Notes: a model not told the origin generated them from the sequence alone. Shown: positions 1 through 12,387, counted from the first letter of the stretch. The stretch: DNA of 64,000 bases from Longimicrobiales bacterium (GCA_965202805.1 OZ241869.1:1984001-2048000); one strand, 5' to 3'. A program made the numbers and translations.

Positions 1-650
1 GTCCAGCTGCCGTCCCAGTTCTTGTTGAAACCGCCGCCCGATCCCGACTGGAAGCGCTGCCGGGTGTTGAAGCCGCCACCCTGGAAGCGGCCCCCGCCAC
101 GCCCCTCGTTCGCCACCTGCCCGTCGTACTCGATGCCGGTCGGGGTGGTGCCGAAGACGAAGCCGTTCTGGTCGTCGTTGTAGGTGTCCAGCACGAACAC
201 GACGTTGTCGCTCTGGCGTATCTCGTAGTCCCGGATGCGCTCGCCGTAGGTGATGTTGTCCGGCTGGCTGTCGAACGCCCACACCCCCACGTAGAGCGCA
301 TCCGAGTCGAACACGACCCGGACCTCGGTCCGCTCGCTGGCGGGCTGACCGTCACTGGGCTCGCGCTGCGTGAACCCGGTCATGACCGGAGCCTGCTGCC
401 ACACGGACTCGTCGAGATACCCGTCGATGCTCGGGCTCTCCGTGACCTCCGTGGCGGTGGCGACCGTCGGAAGGGCCCCTCCCGACGCTCCGTTCGCGGA
501 CCCCGACTGCGAGTTCTGGGCGAGCAGCGGGCCGGCTGCCGGGAAGACCAGGAAGGCCAGCAGTCCGTGGATGAATCCGCGCGAGCACCGAGAGCGGCGA
601 GGCACCGGGCCGGCAGGGATACACGCGGACGGGGCGGGACAGGATTTCAT
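1..650 (-). CDS. Secreted carbohydrate-binding family 9-like / DUF5916 protein (N-terminal part; runs off window edge)
   Basis: Manual translation from ATG at 650: signal-like LLAFLVFPAAGPLLAQ, then PSIDGYLDESVWQQAPVMTGFTQREP...TEVRVVFDSDALYVG...LDTYND...NWDGSW, typical of CBM9/DUF5916 proteins. Confidence 0.7.
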   Translation of the reverse strand, partial: MKSCPAPSACIPAGPVPRRSRCSRGFIHGLLAFLVFPAAGPLLAQNSQSGSANGASGGALPTVATATEVTESPSIDGYLDESVWQQAPVMTGFTQREPSDGQPASERTEVRVVFDSDALYVGVWAFDSQPDNITYGERIRDYEIRQSDNVVFVLDTYNDDQNGFVFGTTPTGIEYDGQVANEGRGGGRFQGGGFNTRQRFQSGSGGGFNKNWDGSW

Positions 651-768
651 GACGTTCCCTTACCGGGTTGGTGGCGGCGTAGCTCTTTAATTTCGCAGGA
701 ACGGCGGGCCTTCGCCAGAGAGCGGCGGCGTCTTGCGGGCGCCCGTCACCCGTGCCGGAGACGTGCCG

Positions 769-2082
769 TCACCGGGAAGCCCGACGCACTACACGGACAA
801 CCGACGGGATCAGAATGCTTACCGCCGCGGTCCGGCCGGCCAGCGACGCGGCGGCGGCGGCCGTGACCCCGACCCATCCGAAGGCCTGCACCAGCAGCGG
901 GAAGCCCACGGCGATGCACACCACCTCGGTGGCGGTGGCGAGGGTGACCGGCCGCGTCCGGCGGGCCTTGATGAGGATCCCGCGCTCCAGGGAGAGGAAC
1001 GCCGACAGGAACGGCAGGGGGATGAAGAGGACGGTGGGCAGGATGGCGAAGGCGGCCAGGTCGGGGGTGAGCCCGGAGATGGTCTCGAACCAGACGCTGG
1101 AGAAAGGGGTGAGGCCGAAGACGGCGAGGCAGCCGGTGGTAACCAGGCCCAGCGAGACGGCGAACGCGCGCAGCGGAGGAAGCTGCTCGTGCCGCTCGCC
1201 GAGCAGGGCGATGGTGACTTCCTGGTATGCCAGGCACACCGCTCGGAAGATGAAGGTGAGCGAGCCCACCACCGGAAATACCGCCAGCGACTCGACCGGG
1301 GCGGGCGCCCGCCCCATGAAGAAGGTGAGCAGCGGATGGGCCGCGAAGCCGAGCAGCGAGGTGAGCGCGAGCGGGTAGTAGAAGCGGGAGATGACGCCGT
1401 AGTTGAGGGCTCCCGCAGGGTTCGTGGTGGTGCGTGCGAGGATGCGCGCCACGGAGCCGCGCGCCATCCAGCGGCTCGCCGCGGCCTCGGTGCACACCCC
1501 GGCGGTCATCGCTCCCGCGGCCACGAGCGTGCCCGGGATGCCGAGCCGGGCCAGCACCAGCGCCACCAGCGCGATCGCGGAGATGCGCGTCACCGTCCCC
1601 GCCGCCACCAGGCGCGGGCGCCCGTCGCGGATCAGCAGGCCCTGGTAGAAGCGCCGGTAGCCGATGGCCGCCGGCCACGGCACAAGGAGCCAGAGGGCAT
1701 CCTCGACGAGCAGCGCCACCTCCCCGGGGAGCGCGAGCACCTGGAGCGCGATGAGATCGAACACCGGGGGCACGAGCACAAGCAGGAGCACCCCGGTTGT
1801 CCCCGCGTTCAGGAGGAAGGCGAAGCGGCGCAGCCTGCGGAAGCTGTGCGCGTCCTCCGCGAGGGCCGTGGAGGTGGTCATCAGCATCACCACCGGGGAC
1901 TCCACCAGCATCGCGATGGCGAAGGCGACGCCGTAGGCCGCGAGGTTGATCTTGGCCTCGGGGAGCCGGGCGATGACCGCGGCCAGGAAGGGCCCCTCCA
2001 CCGCCATCATCAGCCATGTGGCGGCGAGGGGAGCCCAGAAGAGGAGGATGGCCCGCTGGGAGAGCGGCGCGGGAGCGCTCAG
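769..2082 (-). CDS. MATE-like multi-pass membrane transporter/flippase (start uncertain)
   Basis: About 12 hydrophobic segments with two-fold internal repeat (FWAPLAATWLMM / FYYPLALTSLL); directly downstream of leuD. Confidence 0.65.
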   Translation of the reverse strand: MSAPAPLSQRAILLFWAPLAATWLMMAVEGPFLAAVIARLPEAKINLAAYGVAFAIAMLVESPVVMLMTTSTALAEDAHSFRRLRRFAFLLNAGTTGVLLLVLVPPVFDLIALQVLALPGEVALLVEDALWLLVPWPAAIGYRRFYQGLLIRDGRPRLVAAGTVTRISAIALVALVLARLGIPGTLVAAGAMTAGVCTEAAASRWMARGSVARILARTTTNPAGALNYGVISRFYYPLALTSLLGFAAHPLLTFFMGRAPAPVESLAVFPVVGSLTFIFRAVCLAYQEVTIALLGERHEQLPPLRAFAVSLGLVTTGCLAVFGLTPFSSVWFETISGLTPDLAAFAILPTVLFIPLPFLSAFLSLERGILIKARRTRPVTLATATEVVCIAVGFPLLVQAFGWVGVTAAAAASLAGRTAAVSILIPSVVRVVRRASR

Positions 2083-2098
2083 GGTGTTTCGAAGCCGA

Positions 2099-2731
2099 TT
2101 ACCGGCTCCCCCCGGCCGGAGCGCCCGCGGCGCGCTCCTCGAAGCGGGTGATCTCGCTCTCCAGCTGAAGCGTGAGACCGATGTCGTCAAGGCCCTCGAG
2201 CAGGCATCGGCGCCGGAAGTCGTCGATCTCGAAACCGAGGCGCCATCCGGCGGCGTCGCCGACGGTGCATGCTTCCAGGTCGACCGCCAGCGCGTAGCCC
2301 GGATGCTCGCGGGCGCGAGCCAGCACCGCCGCGACCTCCTCTTCGGGCAGGACCAGCGGCAGGATGCCGTTCTGGTAGCAGTTGGACTGGAAGATGTCGG
2401 CGAAGCTGGGGGCGATCACGACCCGGAAGCCGTAGTCGGCGATCGACCAGGCGGCGTGCTCGCGCGAGGAGCCGCAGCCGAAATTGCGGCCCGCCGCGAG
2501 AATGGCGGCCCCGGTGTACCCGGGCTGGTTGAGCACGAAGTCGGCGCGGGGCGAGCCGTCGGGACGGAAGCGCCAGTCGTTGAAGAGGAACTGCCCGTAG
2601 CCGGCCCGCTCGACGCGCTTCAGAAACTGCTTGGGGATGATCTGGTCGGTGTCCACGTCGGCGCGGTCGAGGGGCGCCACGATGCCCTCGACGCGGCGGA
2701 GCGGCTGGATGGCGTGGCTGGTGGCGCTCAC
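2099..2731 (-). CDS. leuD: 3-isopropylmalate dehydratase small subunit
   Basis: [30 protein letters not shown] motifs; GTG start overlaps leuC stop. Confidence 0.96.
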   Translation of the reverse strand: MSATSHAIQPLRRVEGIVAPLDRADVDTDQIIPKQFLKRVERAGYGQFLFNDWRFRPDGSPRADFVLNQPGYTGAAILAAGRNFGCGSSREHAAWSIADYGFRVVIAPSFADIFQSNCYQNGILPLVLPEEEVAAVLARAREHPGYALAVDLEACTVGDAAGWRLGFEIDDFRRRCLLEGLDDIGLTLQLESEITRFEERAAGAPAGGSR

Positions 2732-4137
2732 ATCCCGCTCCTCACGTCGGTGAAGCGGCCCGCCACCGCGGCGGCGGCCGCCATCGCCGGGCTCACCAGG
2801 TGGGTGCGCGCCCCCCTTCCCTGCCGCCCCTCGAAATTCCGGTTGGAGGTGGAGGCGCAGCGCTCGCCGGGCCCCGCGATGTCGTCGTTCATCCCCAGGC
2901 ACATGGAGCAGCCGGATTCGCGCCACTCGAAGCCGGCGTCGCGGAAGACGCGGTCGAGACCCTCGGCTTCGGCGGCCGCCTTGACCGCGGTCGAGCCCGG
3001 CACCACAAGGGCGTTCACGCGCGGGTTCACCTTGCGGCCGCGCGCGACGCGCGCCGCCTCCCGCAGGTCCTCGATGCGCGAGTTGGTGCACGAACCCACG
3101 AAGACCCGGTCCACCTCGATGTCCCGAATGGGCGTGCCCGGCTCGAGCCCCATGTAGGAGAGCGCCCGCTCGGCGGTGGCGCGGCTGTCCGGGTCGGCGA
3201 GGCCGGCGGGGTCGGGCACGCGCCCGGAGACGGGGACCACCATGCCGGGATTGGTCCCCCAGGTGACCTGCGGCTCCAGGTCGGCCAGGTCGACCTCAAC
3301 CACCCGGTCGAAGCGCGCGCCGCGGTCGGTGCGGAGGGTCGACCAGCGCGCCACCGCCTCGTCGAAGGCATCGCCCACGGGCGCGTGCGGGCGCCCGCGC
3401 AGGTAGGAATACGTGGTCTGGTCGGGCGCGATCATGCCGGCGCGCGCTCCCGCCTCGATGGACATGTTGCAAACGGTCATGCGGCCCTCCATGGAGAGCG
3501 CGCGGATCGCCTCGCCGCGGTACTCCAGCACGTGCCCCGCCCCCCCCGCCACCCCGATGCGGCCGATGGTGTGGAGGATCAGGTCCTTGGCGGTCAGCCC
3601 CGGCCCGAGGCGCCCGCGGTAGCGGACCTCCATGCTGCGCGGGCGCTCCATGAGCAGGCACTGGGTGGCGAGCACGTGCTCGACCTGCGAGGTGCCGATG
3701 CCGAATGCGATCGCCCCGAAGGCGCCGTGGGTGGAGGTGTGGCTGTCCCCGCACACGATGGTCATGCCCGGCTGCGTGGCGCCCAGTTCGGGGCCGATGA
3801 CGTGCACGATTCCCTGCCGGTCGTGGCCCATGTCGTAGAGCGTGATGCCGTGCTCGGCGGCGTTCTCGCGGAGCGCCTCGATCTGGCGGGTCGCCACCGG
3901 GTCGGCGACCGGGAGGGAGCGGTGGGTGGTGGGGACGTTGTGGTCGACGGTGGCCAGCGTGCGCTCCGGACGGCGAACCGCGCGGCCGGCGGCGTTCAGT
4001 CCGGCGAAGGCCTGCGGCGAGGTGACCTCGTGCACCAGGTGCAGGTCGATGTAGATGAGGTCGGGGCGCCCCTCCTCCCGGCGCACGACATGCTGCTCCC
4101 AGACCTTCTCGAACAGGGTGGCGGGTCGCACGTTCAT
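2728..4137 (-). CDS. leuC: 3-isopropylmalate dehydratase large subunit
   Basis: [55 protein letters not shown]. Confidence 0.97.
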   Translation of the reverse strand: MNVRPATLFEKVWEQHVVRREEGRPDLIYIDLHLVHEVTSPQAFAGLNAAGRAVRRPERTLATVDHNVPTTHRSLPVADPVATRQIEALRENAAEHGITLYDMGHDRQGIVHVIGPELGATQPGMTIVCGDSHTSTHGAFGAIAFGIGTSQVEHVLATQCLLMERPRSMEVRYRGRLGPGLTAKDLILHTIGRIGVAGGAGHVLEYRGEAIRALSMEGRMTVCNMSIEAGARAGMIAPDQTTYSYLRGRPHAPVGDAFDEAVARWSTLRTDRGARFDRVVEVDLADLEPQVTWGTNPGMVVPVSGRVPDPAGLADPDSRATAERALSYMGLEPGTPIRDIEVDRVFVGSCTNSRIEDLREAARVARGRKVNPRVNALVVPGSTAVKAAAEAEGLDRVFRDAGFEWRESGCSMCLGMNDDIAGPGERCASTSNRNFEGRQGRGARTHLVSPAMAAAAAVAGRFTDVRSGM

Positions 4138-5828
4138 GCGCGGTTGGTTACCGCGCCCTCGGACGCGGAGGCGACCAGGCGCGCGTACTTGCGCATGACG
4201 CCGGTGGCGGCGCCGTTGGCGGACTGCGCGGACGGGCGCCACGCGCTCGCCCGCTCGCGGATCTCTCCGTCGGTAAGGTCCACCGACAGGGTGCGCGCGG
4301 CCACGTCGAAGGTGATGCTGTCGCCGTCCCGCACCGCCGCGATGGGCCCGCCGTCCACCGCCTCGGGCGCGACGTGGCCGGCCATCAGCCCGTGGGTGGC
4401 GCCCGAGAAGCGGCCGTCCGTGAGCAGCCCCACCGAGGGCCCCAGCCCCGCCCCGGTGAGCGCCGCCGTGACCGCGAGCATTTCCCGCATGCCGGGCCCG
4501 CCGCGCGGCCCCTCCCCCCGGATGACCAGCACGTCCCCGGCGGAGATGCCGCCCGCCTGCACCGCCTCGAACGCGTCCTCCTCGCAGTCGAAGACCCGCG
4601 CCGGGCCGCTGTGATGGCCGCGCTCCGGGCCGGCCACCTTCAGCACGCAGCCGTCGGGCGCCAGGTTGCCCTTCAGGATGAGCAAGCCGCCGTGCGGCTT
4701 CACCGGGTCCTCCACGGTCGAAACCACCTCCTGTCCGGCCGCCTCGGCCGCACGCGCCGCCTCCTCCGCCACCGTGCGCCCGGTCACCGTGGCCGCGCCG
4801 CCGTCGAGCAGCCCCGCCCCCAGCAGCCGGGCCGCCAGCAGCCGCACCCCGCCGGCCGCGTGCATGTCGGTGGCCACGAACCGCCCCCACGGCTTCATGT
4901 CCGCGATCACCGGCGTACGCGCGCTGATGCGGTCGAAGTCCTCCAGGTCGAGCTCCACCCCCGCCTCGCGCGCGACCGCGAGCAGGTGCAGCACCGCGTT
5001 GGTCGACCCGCCGGTGGCCACCGCCAGGGTGACCCCGTTGGTCATGGACGCGCGCGTGAGGATCTGCCGGGCCGTCACCCCCCGCCGCACCAGATCGACC
5101 GCCAGGCGGCCGCAGTCGCGCGCGACCCCCGCCTTGGCCGGATCGGTGGCCGGCACCGAGCCGCTGCCCATCGGCGAGATGCCCATCGCCTCGAAGACGG
5201 TCGCCATGGTGTTGGCGGTGAACTGCCCCCCGCACGAGCCCGCGCCCGGGCACGCCGCGCGCTCCAGTTCGTCCAGGTCCTCCTCGCTGATGCGGCCGGC
5301 CGCGCACGCGCCGATCCCCTCGAACACGTCCTGGATGGTGACGTCGCGCCCCCGGTAGCGGCCCGGCTGGATGGAGCCGCCGTAGAGCATCAGGCTCGGC
5401 AGATCCAGGCGCGCCAGCGCCATCACCGTCCCCGGAATCGTCTTGTCGCACCCGGAGATGGCCACCACGCCGTCGAACCCGTAGGCGTCGCCCACCAGCT
5501 CGATGGAGTCGGCGACCAGCTCCCGGCTCACCAGCGAGGCCTTCATGCCCGCCGTGCCCATGGTGATGCCGTCCGAGATGGCGATGGTGTTGACCTCGAG
5601 CGGCATGCCCCCCGCCTCGCGGATCCCCTGGCGGACGGAGTCGGCGAGGTCGCGCAGGTGGGCGTTGCACGGCGTGGTGTCGGTCCAGGTGTTCGCGATC
5701 GCGATCAGCGGCCTGGAGAAGTCGTCGTCCTCCATCCCGACCGCGCGCAGCATCGAGCGCGCCGCCGCCCGGTCGCGCCCGGCGACGAGCGCCTGGCTGC
5801 GGAGCGGGAGCGTCCTGGGCCCGGTCAT
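4134..5828 (-). CDS. ilvD: Dihydroxy-acid dehydratase
   Basis: [50 protein letters not shown]. Confidence 0.96.
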   Translation of the reverse strand: MTGPRTLPLRSQALVAGRDRAAARSMLRAVGMEDDDFSRPLIAIANTWTDTTPCNAHLRDLADSVRQGIREAGGMPLEVNTIAISDGITMGTAGMKASLVSRELVADSIELVGDAYGFDGVVAISGCDKTIPGTVMALARLDLPSLMLYGGSIQPGRYRGRDVTIQDVFEGIGACAAGRISEEDLDELERAACPGAGSCGGQFTANTMATVFEAMGISPMGSGSVPATDPAKAGVARDCGRLAVDLVRRGVTARQILTRASMTNGVTLAVATGGSTNAVLHLLAVAREAGVELDLEDFDRISARTPVIADMKPWGRFVATDMHAAGGVRLLAARLLGAGLLDGGAATVTGRTVAEEAARAAEAAGQEVVSTVEDPVKPHGGLLILKGNLAPDGCVLKVAGPERGHHSGPARVFDCEEDAFEAVQAGGISAGDVLVIRGEGPRGGPGMREMLAVTAALTGAGLGPSVGLLTDGRFSGATHGLMAGHVAPEAVDGGPIAAVRDGDSITFDVAARTLSVDLTDGEIRERASAWRPSAQSANGAATGVMRKYARLVASASEGAVTNRA

Positions 5829-5871
5829 CGCCGGCCGCTGGCGCTGGAGCCGTCCGTCGCCGACGGCCGGA

Positions 5872-6861
5872 CTAGAGCCATGCCATGTGCGCGCGCAGCT
5901 CCTTCCCCACGGTCTCGATGGGGTGCCGGGCGCCATCCCTGCGCATGCGGTCGAATCCCTCCTGTCCCCCGCGCGCCTCCTCGATCCACTGGCGCGCGAA
6001 GGCGCCCGACTGCACCTCGGCCAGGATCTCCTTCATCGCCGCGCGCGAGGCATCGCCCACCACCCGAGGGCCGCTCACGTAGTCGCCGTACTCGGCGGTG
6101 TCGCTGACCTCGCGGCGCATCCCCTGGATCCCGTGCTTGTACGCCAGGTCCACGATCAGCTTGAGCTCGTGCAGGCACTCGAAATACGCGAGGGCCGGGT
6201 CGTAGCCGGCCTCCACCAGCGTCTCGAAACCGGCCTGCACCAGCGCGGTGAAGCCGCCGCACAGCACCGCCTGCTCCCCGAACAGGTCGGTCTCGGTCTC
6301 CGCCGCGAACGTCGTTTCGAGGATGCCCGCGCGCGTGCACCCGAGCCCCGCCGCGTAGGCCCTGGCGAACTCGGCGGCGTTGCCGGTGGCGTCCTGGTGC
6401 ACCCCATACAGCGCCGGCACCCCGCGCCCGGCGACGAACTCCTCGCGCACCCGGTTCCCGGGGGACTTCGGCGCGATCAGGATCACGTCGGTGTGGTCGG
6501 GCGCGACGATCTCGCCGTAGTGCACGTTGAAGCCGTGCGCGAAGACGAGGGTGTCCCCCGTCTCCAGAAACGGCTCGATGTCGGCTTCGTAGACATCCCG
6601 CTGGATCGTGTCCGGAATCAGAATCGAGACGACGGTGGCCCCGGCCGCGGCGTCGGCGACGGAGGCCACCTTCAGCCCGTCGGCGCGGGCCTTGTCGGCG
6701 GAGGAGCTTCCCTCGTAGAGACCCACAACAACGTCCGCTCCCGAATCCCTCAGGTTCAACGCGTGCGCGTGCCCCTGGCTGCCGTAACCGATGACGGCCA
6801 CGGACCTTCCCTGAAGAAGTCCGGTGGAGGCTCCGTTGCTCCCCATCGTCGTCTCGCTCAT
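5872..6861 (-). CDS. ilvC: Ketol-acid reductoisomerase
   Basis: [55 protein letters not shown]. Confidence 0.97.
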   Translation of the reverse strand: MSETTMGSNGASTGLLQGRSVAVIGYGSQGHAHALNLRDSGADVVVGLYEGSSSADKARADGLKVASVADAAAGATVVSILIPDTIQRDVYEADIEPFLETGDTLVFAHGFNVHYGEIVAPDHTDVILIAPKSPGNRVREEFVAGRGVPALYGVHQDATGNAAEFARAYAAGLGCTRAGILETTFAAETETDLFGEQAVLCGGFTALVQAGFETLVEAGYDPALAYFECLHELKLIVDLAYKHGIQGMRREVSDTAEYGDYVSGPRVVGDASRAAMKEILAEVQSGAFARQWIEEARGGQEGFDRMRRDGARHPIETVGKELRAHMAWL

Positions 6862-6947
6862 CTGTCGGTATCCTCGTCTTGCGCGCATTCCCGCGCGCGA
6901 TTGGAAGGGTTGGAAGACTGCCCGCCGATCCGCGGACCCCTGCCTCT

Positions 6948-8156
<1,209 letters not shown>

Positions 8157-8279
8157 GTGTACTCCTGGGTAATCGGTACCGCCGGGAGGAATGGTAACAG
8201 CTTGTGCCGGGACCGGGGATTGCCGCCGGGTCCCGCTGGCGTCAACCTCGCTGTTCTGACTGCTCCGGTACGTGAGGGA

Positions 8280-8339
8280 TCAGTGCCAGTGCGTGAGGAA
8301 CGGCATCGCGACAACGACGAGCCATTCCCCCGGGGTCAC
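8280..8339 (-). promoter_or_regulatory. Candidate leader peptide (MTPGEWLVVVAMPFLTHWH) of a leu/ilv attenuator
   Basis: 19-codon ORF with a Leu-Val-Val-Val run upstream of leuA, followed by a GC-rich stem near 8209-8235. Confidence 0.35.
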
Positions 8340-8482
8340 ATCGGATCTTTCGGATGCAATGGTGGAACCTTGCAAGGGACCACCAATGTATCCGCTACGC
8401 AAGGCTTGATCTCAACCGCGCAGGCCGGCTGACCGGGTGTGGAGCCCGGCATGGGAAACATATGGATTCGGCAAGGTGGCCT

Positions 8483-9637
8483 TCACAGGAGACCATCATG
8501 CCACAGCCGCCGCGCGAAGTCTTCCGCGGGAAGGATGTCGATGCCGTCGGACGTGCGTCGGACGCGGGGCTCCAGACAGACGATGACCCGGCGTGGGATA
8601 CCCGGATGATCGCGACTGATGCTGCGCAGCCCCCTGAGGTGGCGAGAGCCGATGTTCCTGCTGGCCTTGGCCTCGACCGCGAGTTGCATGTCGCCCACCA
8701 CGAAATCCACTTCGGTCCCGCCCGCAAGCCGCCAGTACGAGAGCTGGCCATCGAATTCCCGGTAGCTGATCCATGCGGAGAGTTCGTGGCACACCCAGTT
8801 CTCGAAGGCCCTCCCGAACAACTCCGACCCGGGAGCCAGCGAGCCGCGCCGCGCGAGCCGGTTGACGATGCCCACATCCGAGAAATAGAACTTCGGCGCC
8901 TGGATGACGCGCCGCTTGGGACGAGCGCGGTAGGAGGGAACCCAGCGTGCCAGCAACATGTCTGCCAGCACCTGAAAGTAGTTCTTCACCGTGTGCTGCG
9001 AGACCCCGCATTCCGCGCCGATGTTGGAGAGGTTCACGACCTCCCCGTCGCTCAACGAGGCCGCGTCGAGAAAGCGTGAGAAGGCGGGGAGCTTGCGCAC
9101 GACTCCTTCGGCCGCAACCTCCTGCACCAGGTAGTCGTTGACGTAGGCATCCAGGAGCCGGACGGGGCGCGGAGCCTGATAGATGCGAGGCAGATAGCCC
9201 GCATTGAGCAGGCGGGTGAGGTCGAAGTCGCCTTCCAGCTCGGCCGCGGTCATCCCCAGCAACTCGTAGCGAATGGCTCGACCCCCGAGGAGGTTGGCCG
9301 CGCCCCGCTTCACTTTGGTCGCGCTCGATCCGCACAAGGCGAAGCTGATGCGCCGGTTCTCCATGAGCCAGTGGACTTCGTCGAGGAGCGCCGGCACTTT
9401 CTGAATCTCGTCGATCACGACCTGCCGGTCCGTCGGGAATCCCTCGGCTTCGAGCTCCTGGCGCAGGAATTCCGGGTTGGTGAGGTAGCGGCGGAATTCG
9501 TCGCTCTTCAGCAGATCGATCCAGCGCCCGTCCGGATAGCACTGGCGCAGCAGGGTGCTCTTTCCGGCCTGGCGCGGTCCCCACAGGAAGAACGTCTCGG
9601 TGCCGGCGTCGGGCAGACTCAGTGATCGTTTGAACAT
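8483..9637 (-). CDS. AAA+ ATPase (AAA_14) with DUF4143 C-terminal nuclease-like domain
   Basis: GPRQAGKST Walker A, VIDEIQK Walker B, PKFYFSDVG, FENWV, EVDFV...VEAK. Confidence 0.88.
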   Translation of the reverse strand: MFKRSLSLPDAGTETFFLWGPRQAGKSTLLRQCYPDGRWIDLLKSDEFRRYLTNPEFLRQELEAEGFPTDRQVVIDEIQKVPALLDEVHWLMENRRISFALCGSSATKVKRGAANLLGGRAIRYELLGMTAAELEGDFDLTRLLNAGYLPRIYQAPRPVRLLDAYVNDYLVQEVAAEGVVRKLPAFSRFLDAASLSDGEVVNLSNIGAECGVSQHTVKNYFQVLADMLLARWVPSYRARPKRRVIQAPKFYFSDVGIVNRLARRGSLAPGSELFGRAFENWVCHELSAWISYREFDGQLSYWRLAGGTEVDFVVGDMQLAVEAKASRNIGSRHLRGLRSISRDHPGIPRRVIVCLEPRVRRTSDGIDILPAEDFARRLWHDGLL

Positions 9638-9639
9638 GC

Positions 9640-9667
9640 ACTTCAAATTATCATGATATTTTGAAGT
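9640..9667. promoter_or_regulatory. 28-bp AT-rich near-perfect palindrome directly upstream of the AAA+ gene (probable operator/promoter)
   Basis: ACTTCAAA-T-TATCATGATA-T-TTTGAAGT, one mismatched pair. Confidence 0.55.
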
Positions 9668-9900
9668 AGCAACACGTGTCGTCACGGTCCGATCACCTCT
9701 GGTCTGCTCCCCGCGCCGCGAGACCGTGTCTTTGCCGATGCGCCGCGAGCGATTCTATTCGACGTGGTTCGGGGCCATGCCGGGCCCGGCGAACAGACGG
9801 CGCCGGGCAGAGACACCTCTGCGCCGGAAGTCATCGAAGGCAGTCGGGCCGTCCAGCAAACGAGCATCCACCGCGTGAACGGGGGCAGGAGCATGACGGC

Positions 9901-10941
9901 GTGAAGGTCGGCCTGGTGGGCTTCCCGGGTTCGGGGAAGACGACCGTGTTCAACACCATGACCGGGCAGGACGCCCCGGTGGGCTATGGGGGAGAGGTGC
10001 GGCGCGCCGTGGTGGACGTCCCGGATCCGCGGGTGGAGTGGCTCTCGGCCCTCTACCGGCCGAGGAAGACCACCTTCGCCAGCATCGTGTTCTGCGACAT
10101 CCCCGGGGAGCACGGCTCCGAGCGGCGCGGGCTCTCCACGGCAGCCCTTCAGCAGGTGCGCGATCAGGAGGCCCTCTGCCTCGTGTTGAGGGACTTCGAC
10201 AACCCGGCGCTGGAGCGGGCTCCCGATCCGGCCGCCGAGCTGGAGGCGTTCCACGCGGAGTGCGTCCTCGCCGACCTGGTGTTCGTCGAACGCTGGCTGG
10301 AGCGGGCCCGCAAGGAGGCGAAGCGGGGTCTCGAAGTGGAGACCTTCGAGCGCATGCGGGAGGCACTGGAATCGGAGCGCCCGCTTCGTCTGGTTCCGGA
10401 ATCGGAACTGGATCGTTCACTGTTGCGCGGCTATTCGCTGCTCACCGACACGCCGCTGCTGGCGGTGCTGAATCGGGACGAGGAGGATGCGGGGAAGGCG
10501 CTGCCGGAGGAATTGGAGGCGTCGCTGGCCCCGATGGGCGCCGCGGGCCTGACGCTCTCGGCCAGCTTGGAGGCGGAGATCGCACTGCTCGATCCCGGGG
10601 ACCAGCAGGAGTTCCTGCGCGACATGGGGCTCGCCGAGCCCGCCCTCGACCGCTTCATCCGGGCGGCGTACCAGCTGCAGGAGCTGATCTCCTTCTTCAC
10701 CGTGGCCGGACCGGAGGTGCGCGCCTGGACCATCCGCGCGGGCACCGATGCGCGCCGGGCCGCCGGGAAGATCCACTCGGACATGGAGCGCGGGTTCATC
10801 CGGGCGGAGGTGATCCCCTGCGATGTACTTCAGGAATACGGATCCGAGCAGGCGGTGAAGGCGGCGGGCCGGCTGCGGGTGGAGGGCAGGGATTACGTCG
10901 TGCGGGACGGGGATGTCCTGCGGATACGGTTTAATGTGTAA
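9901..10941 (+). CDS. ychF: YchF/Obg-family ATPase
   Basis: GLVGFPGSGKTT, VDVPDPR, DIPG, LISFFT...EVRAWTI, AAGKIHSDMERGFIRAEV, EGRDYVVRDGDV. Confidence 0.9.
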   Translation: MKVGLVGFPGSGKTTVFNTMTGQDAPVGYGGEVRRAVVDVPDPRVEWLSALYRPRKTTFASIVFCDIPGEHGSERRGLSTAALQQVRDQEALCLVLRDFDNPALERAPDPAAELEAFHAECVLADLVFVERWLERARKEAKRGLEVETFERMREALESERPLRLVPESELDRSLLRGYSLLTDTPLLAVLNRDEEDAGKALPEELEASLAPMGAAGLTLSASLEAEIALLDPGDQQEFLRDMGLAEPALDRFIRAAYQLQELISFFTVAGPEVRAWTIRAGTDARRAAGKIHSDMERGFIRAEVIPCDVLQEYGSEQAVKAAGRLRVEGRDYVVRDGDVLRIRFNV

Positions 10942-11020
10942 CACGCGCGCCTGCGGGAGGACGCCGGGATGCCGGCGAGCGCGGAAGAGCGAAATACGTA
11001 AAATGTGTAAAATACGTAAA

Positions 11021-11836
11021 ATGCCCATGACGGGCGCGGCTCTCGCGTGGGTGGCCTCGCTGGCCGTGGCGAGCGCGGCCGACGCCCAGACGCGGTCGCG
11101 CGCCGAACTGCTCGCGATCGCGCGCGAGGTGGTGGAGGGGGCCGCGTTCGTGTCGCTGGCGACGCTGGACGAGGAGGGCTTTCCGGCGGTGCGCGCCATG
11201 GACCCGCTTCCGCCGGACGAGGACTGGGTGGTGTGGCTGGCCACAAACCCCGACAGCCGCAAGGTGCGGCAGTTGCGCGCGCGTCCCCGCGTGGCGCTCC
11301 ACTATCTCGCGGAAGGCGTGCCGGCGTACGTCACGCTGATCGGTCGGGCCCGCCTGGTCGACGACCCCGGGGTGAAGGCGCGCCACTGGAAGGACTCCTG
11401 GACGCCGTTCTATCCGGACCGGGACGCGAGCGTGCTGCTCATCGAGGTGACCCCCGTCCGGCTCGAGGTGGTCTCCGAGGCGCACGGGGCGCCGGGCGAC
11501 CCGCAGACGTGGCGGGCGCATGTGGTGGAGTTCACCCCGGGCCGCCCTCCTTCTCGCCGAGGAAGAAGTCGCCGACGTCCACGTCGCGGTGTCGCAGCGG
11601 CGCACCTGGCTTCTGGCGAAGAAGCGGCACTTGACCGACTATGCTTTGGATACCGTGCGCATAACTCCCCGAGACGCATCCGAGCCTGGAAGCGAGGTGA
11701 GCATGGAGGGTCATTCCGCAGCACCGGAACAGACGGAGGGCTTCAGGGATCCCACCCGGCTTGCGAAGTGGACGCGGGGGTTTCTGTACGCCAGCATCGC
11801 ATCGGTACTCCTGCGGATATGGTCCGATGCCAGTGA
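11021..11836 (+). CDS. Secreted pyridoxamine 5'-phosphate oxidase-like (FMN split barrel) protein; the C-terminal tail after ~11540 looks like read-through
   Basis: Signal peptide ending AADAQ; SLATLDEEGFPAVRAM, WLATNPDSRKVRQL, YVTLIGRA. Confidence 0.7.
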   Translation: MPMTGAALAWVASLAVASAADAQTRSRAELLAIAREVVEGAAFVSLATLDEEGFPAVRAMDPLPPDEDWVVWLATNPDSRKVRQLRARPRVALHYLAEGVPAYVTLIGRARLVDDPGVKARHWKDSWTPFYPDRDASVLLIEVTPVRLEVVSEAHGAPGDPQTWRAHVVEFTPGRPPSRRGRSRRRPRRGVAAAHLASGEEAALDRLCFGYRAHNSPRRIRAWKRGEHGGSFRSTGTDGGLQGSHPACEVDAGVSVRQHRIGTPADMVRCQ

Positions 11837-12362
11837 GCTGCTGGGGGGCGGAGGCGTCGGAGAGTCGTCAGACACCGGGCTCAGGGTGGTCTTCTGGATC
11901 CTGACGGAGCCGATCTGGTTCGTTATCGCGATCCTCGTGCTCACCTGGATTCATCGGGCCAATCACAATGCCCGGCAATTGGGCGCGGCGGACATGCGGT
12001 TCACGCCGGGGTGGGCGGTGGGTTGGTATTTCGTGCCGATCGCATGGTTCTGGAAGCCATACCAGGTCATGAGCGAGATCTGGCGCGCCTCCCGGCATCC
12101 CTCCTACTGGCGCGGGCAACCGGTATCGCTGCTGCTGCCCTGGTGGTGGATGCTCTGGATCGTGCCGTTCTGGGGCTCCTCCATTGTGGACCTGACGGTG
12201 GGCCGCAACCTCGACGAGGCAGCTGCGGAAACCCTCGATGCGGTTTCCGGGCTTGCCTACTGGATCCTGCAGGTTCCGATGATCCTCGCTCTGCTCGCCA
12301 TCATCGGAGGCGTCCACCGGATGCAGACCGAACATCACCGGAGGCAGGTGGCGGAGAGCTGA
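11703..12362 (+). CDS. DUF4328 membrane protein
   Basis: WIHRANHNA...FTPGWAVGWYFVPIA.FWKPYQVMSEIWRAS; GAGG RBS before ATG. Confidence 0.8.
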   Translation: MEGHSAAPEQTEGFRDPTRLAKWTRGFLYASIASVLLRIWSDASELLGGGGVGESSDTGLRVVFWILTEPIWFVIAILVLTWIHRANHNARQLGAADMRFTPGWAVGWYFVPIAWFWKPYQVMSEIWRASRHPSYWRGQPVSLLLPWWWMLWIVPFWGSSIVDLTVGRNLDEAAAETLDAVSGLAYWILQVPMILALLAIIGGVHRMQTEHHRRQVAES

Positions 12363-12387
12363 CCGTCGGTCTGTCCGGTGCCCCCGC

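Noticed and set aside
2728..5670. 980-aa fused LeuC (also extended N-termini of ilvC, leuD, virB9, virB8, virB11 and the N6 MTase)
   Set aside because: Extensions overlap upstream genes in another frame; the true starts coincide with stop/start overlaps or RBSs
11540..11836. Genuine overlapping dual-coding region between the FMN-barrel gene and DUF4328
   Set aside because: Tail is low-complexity and motif-free; more simply a lost stop codon
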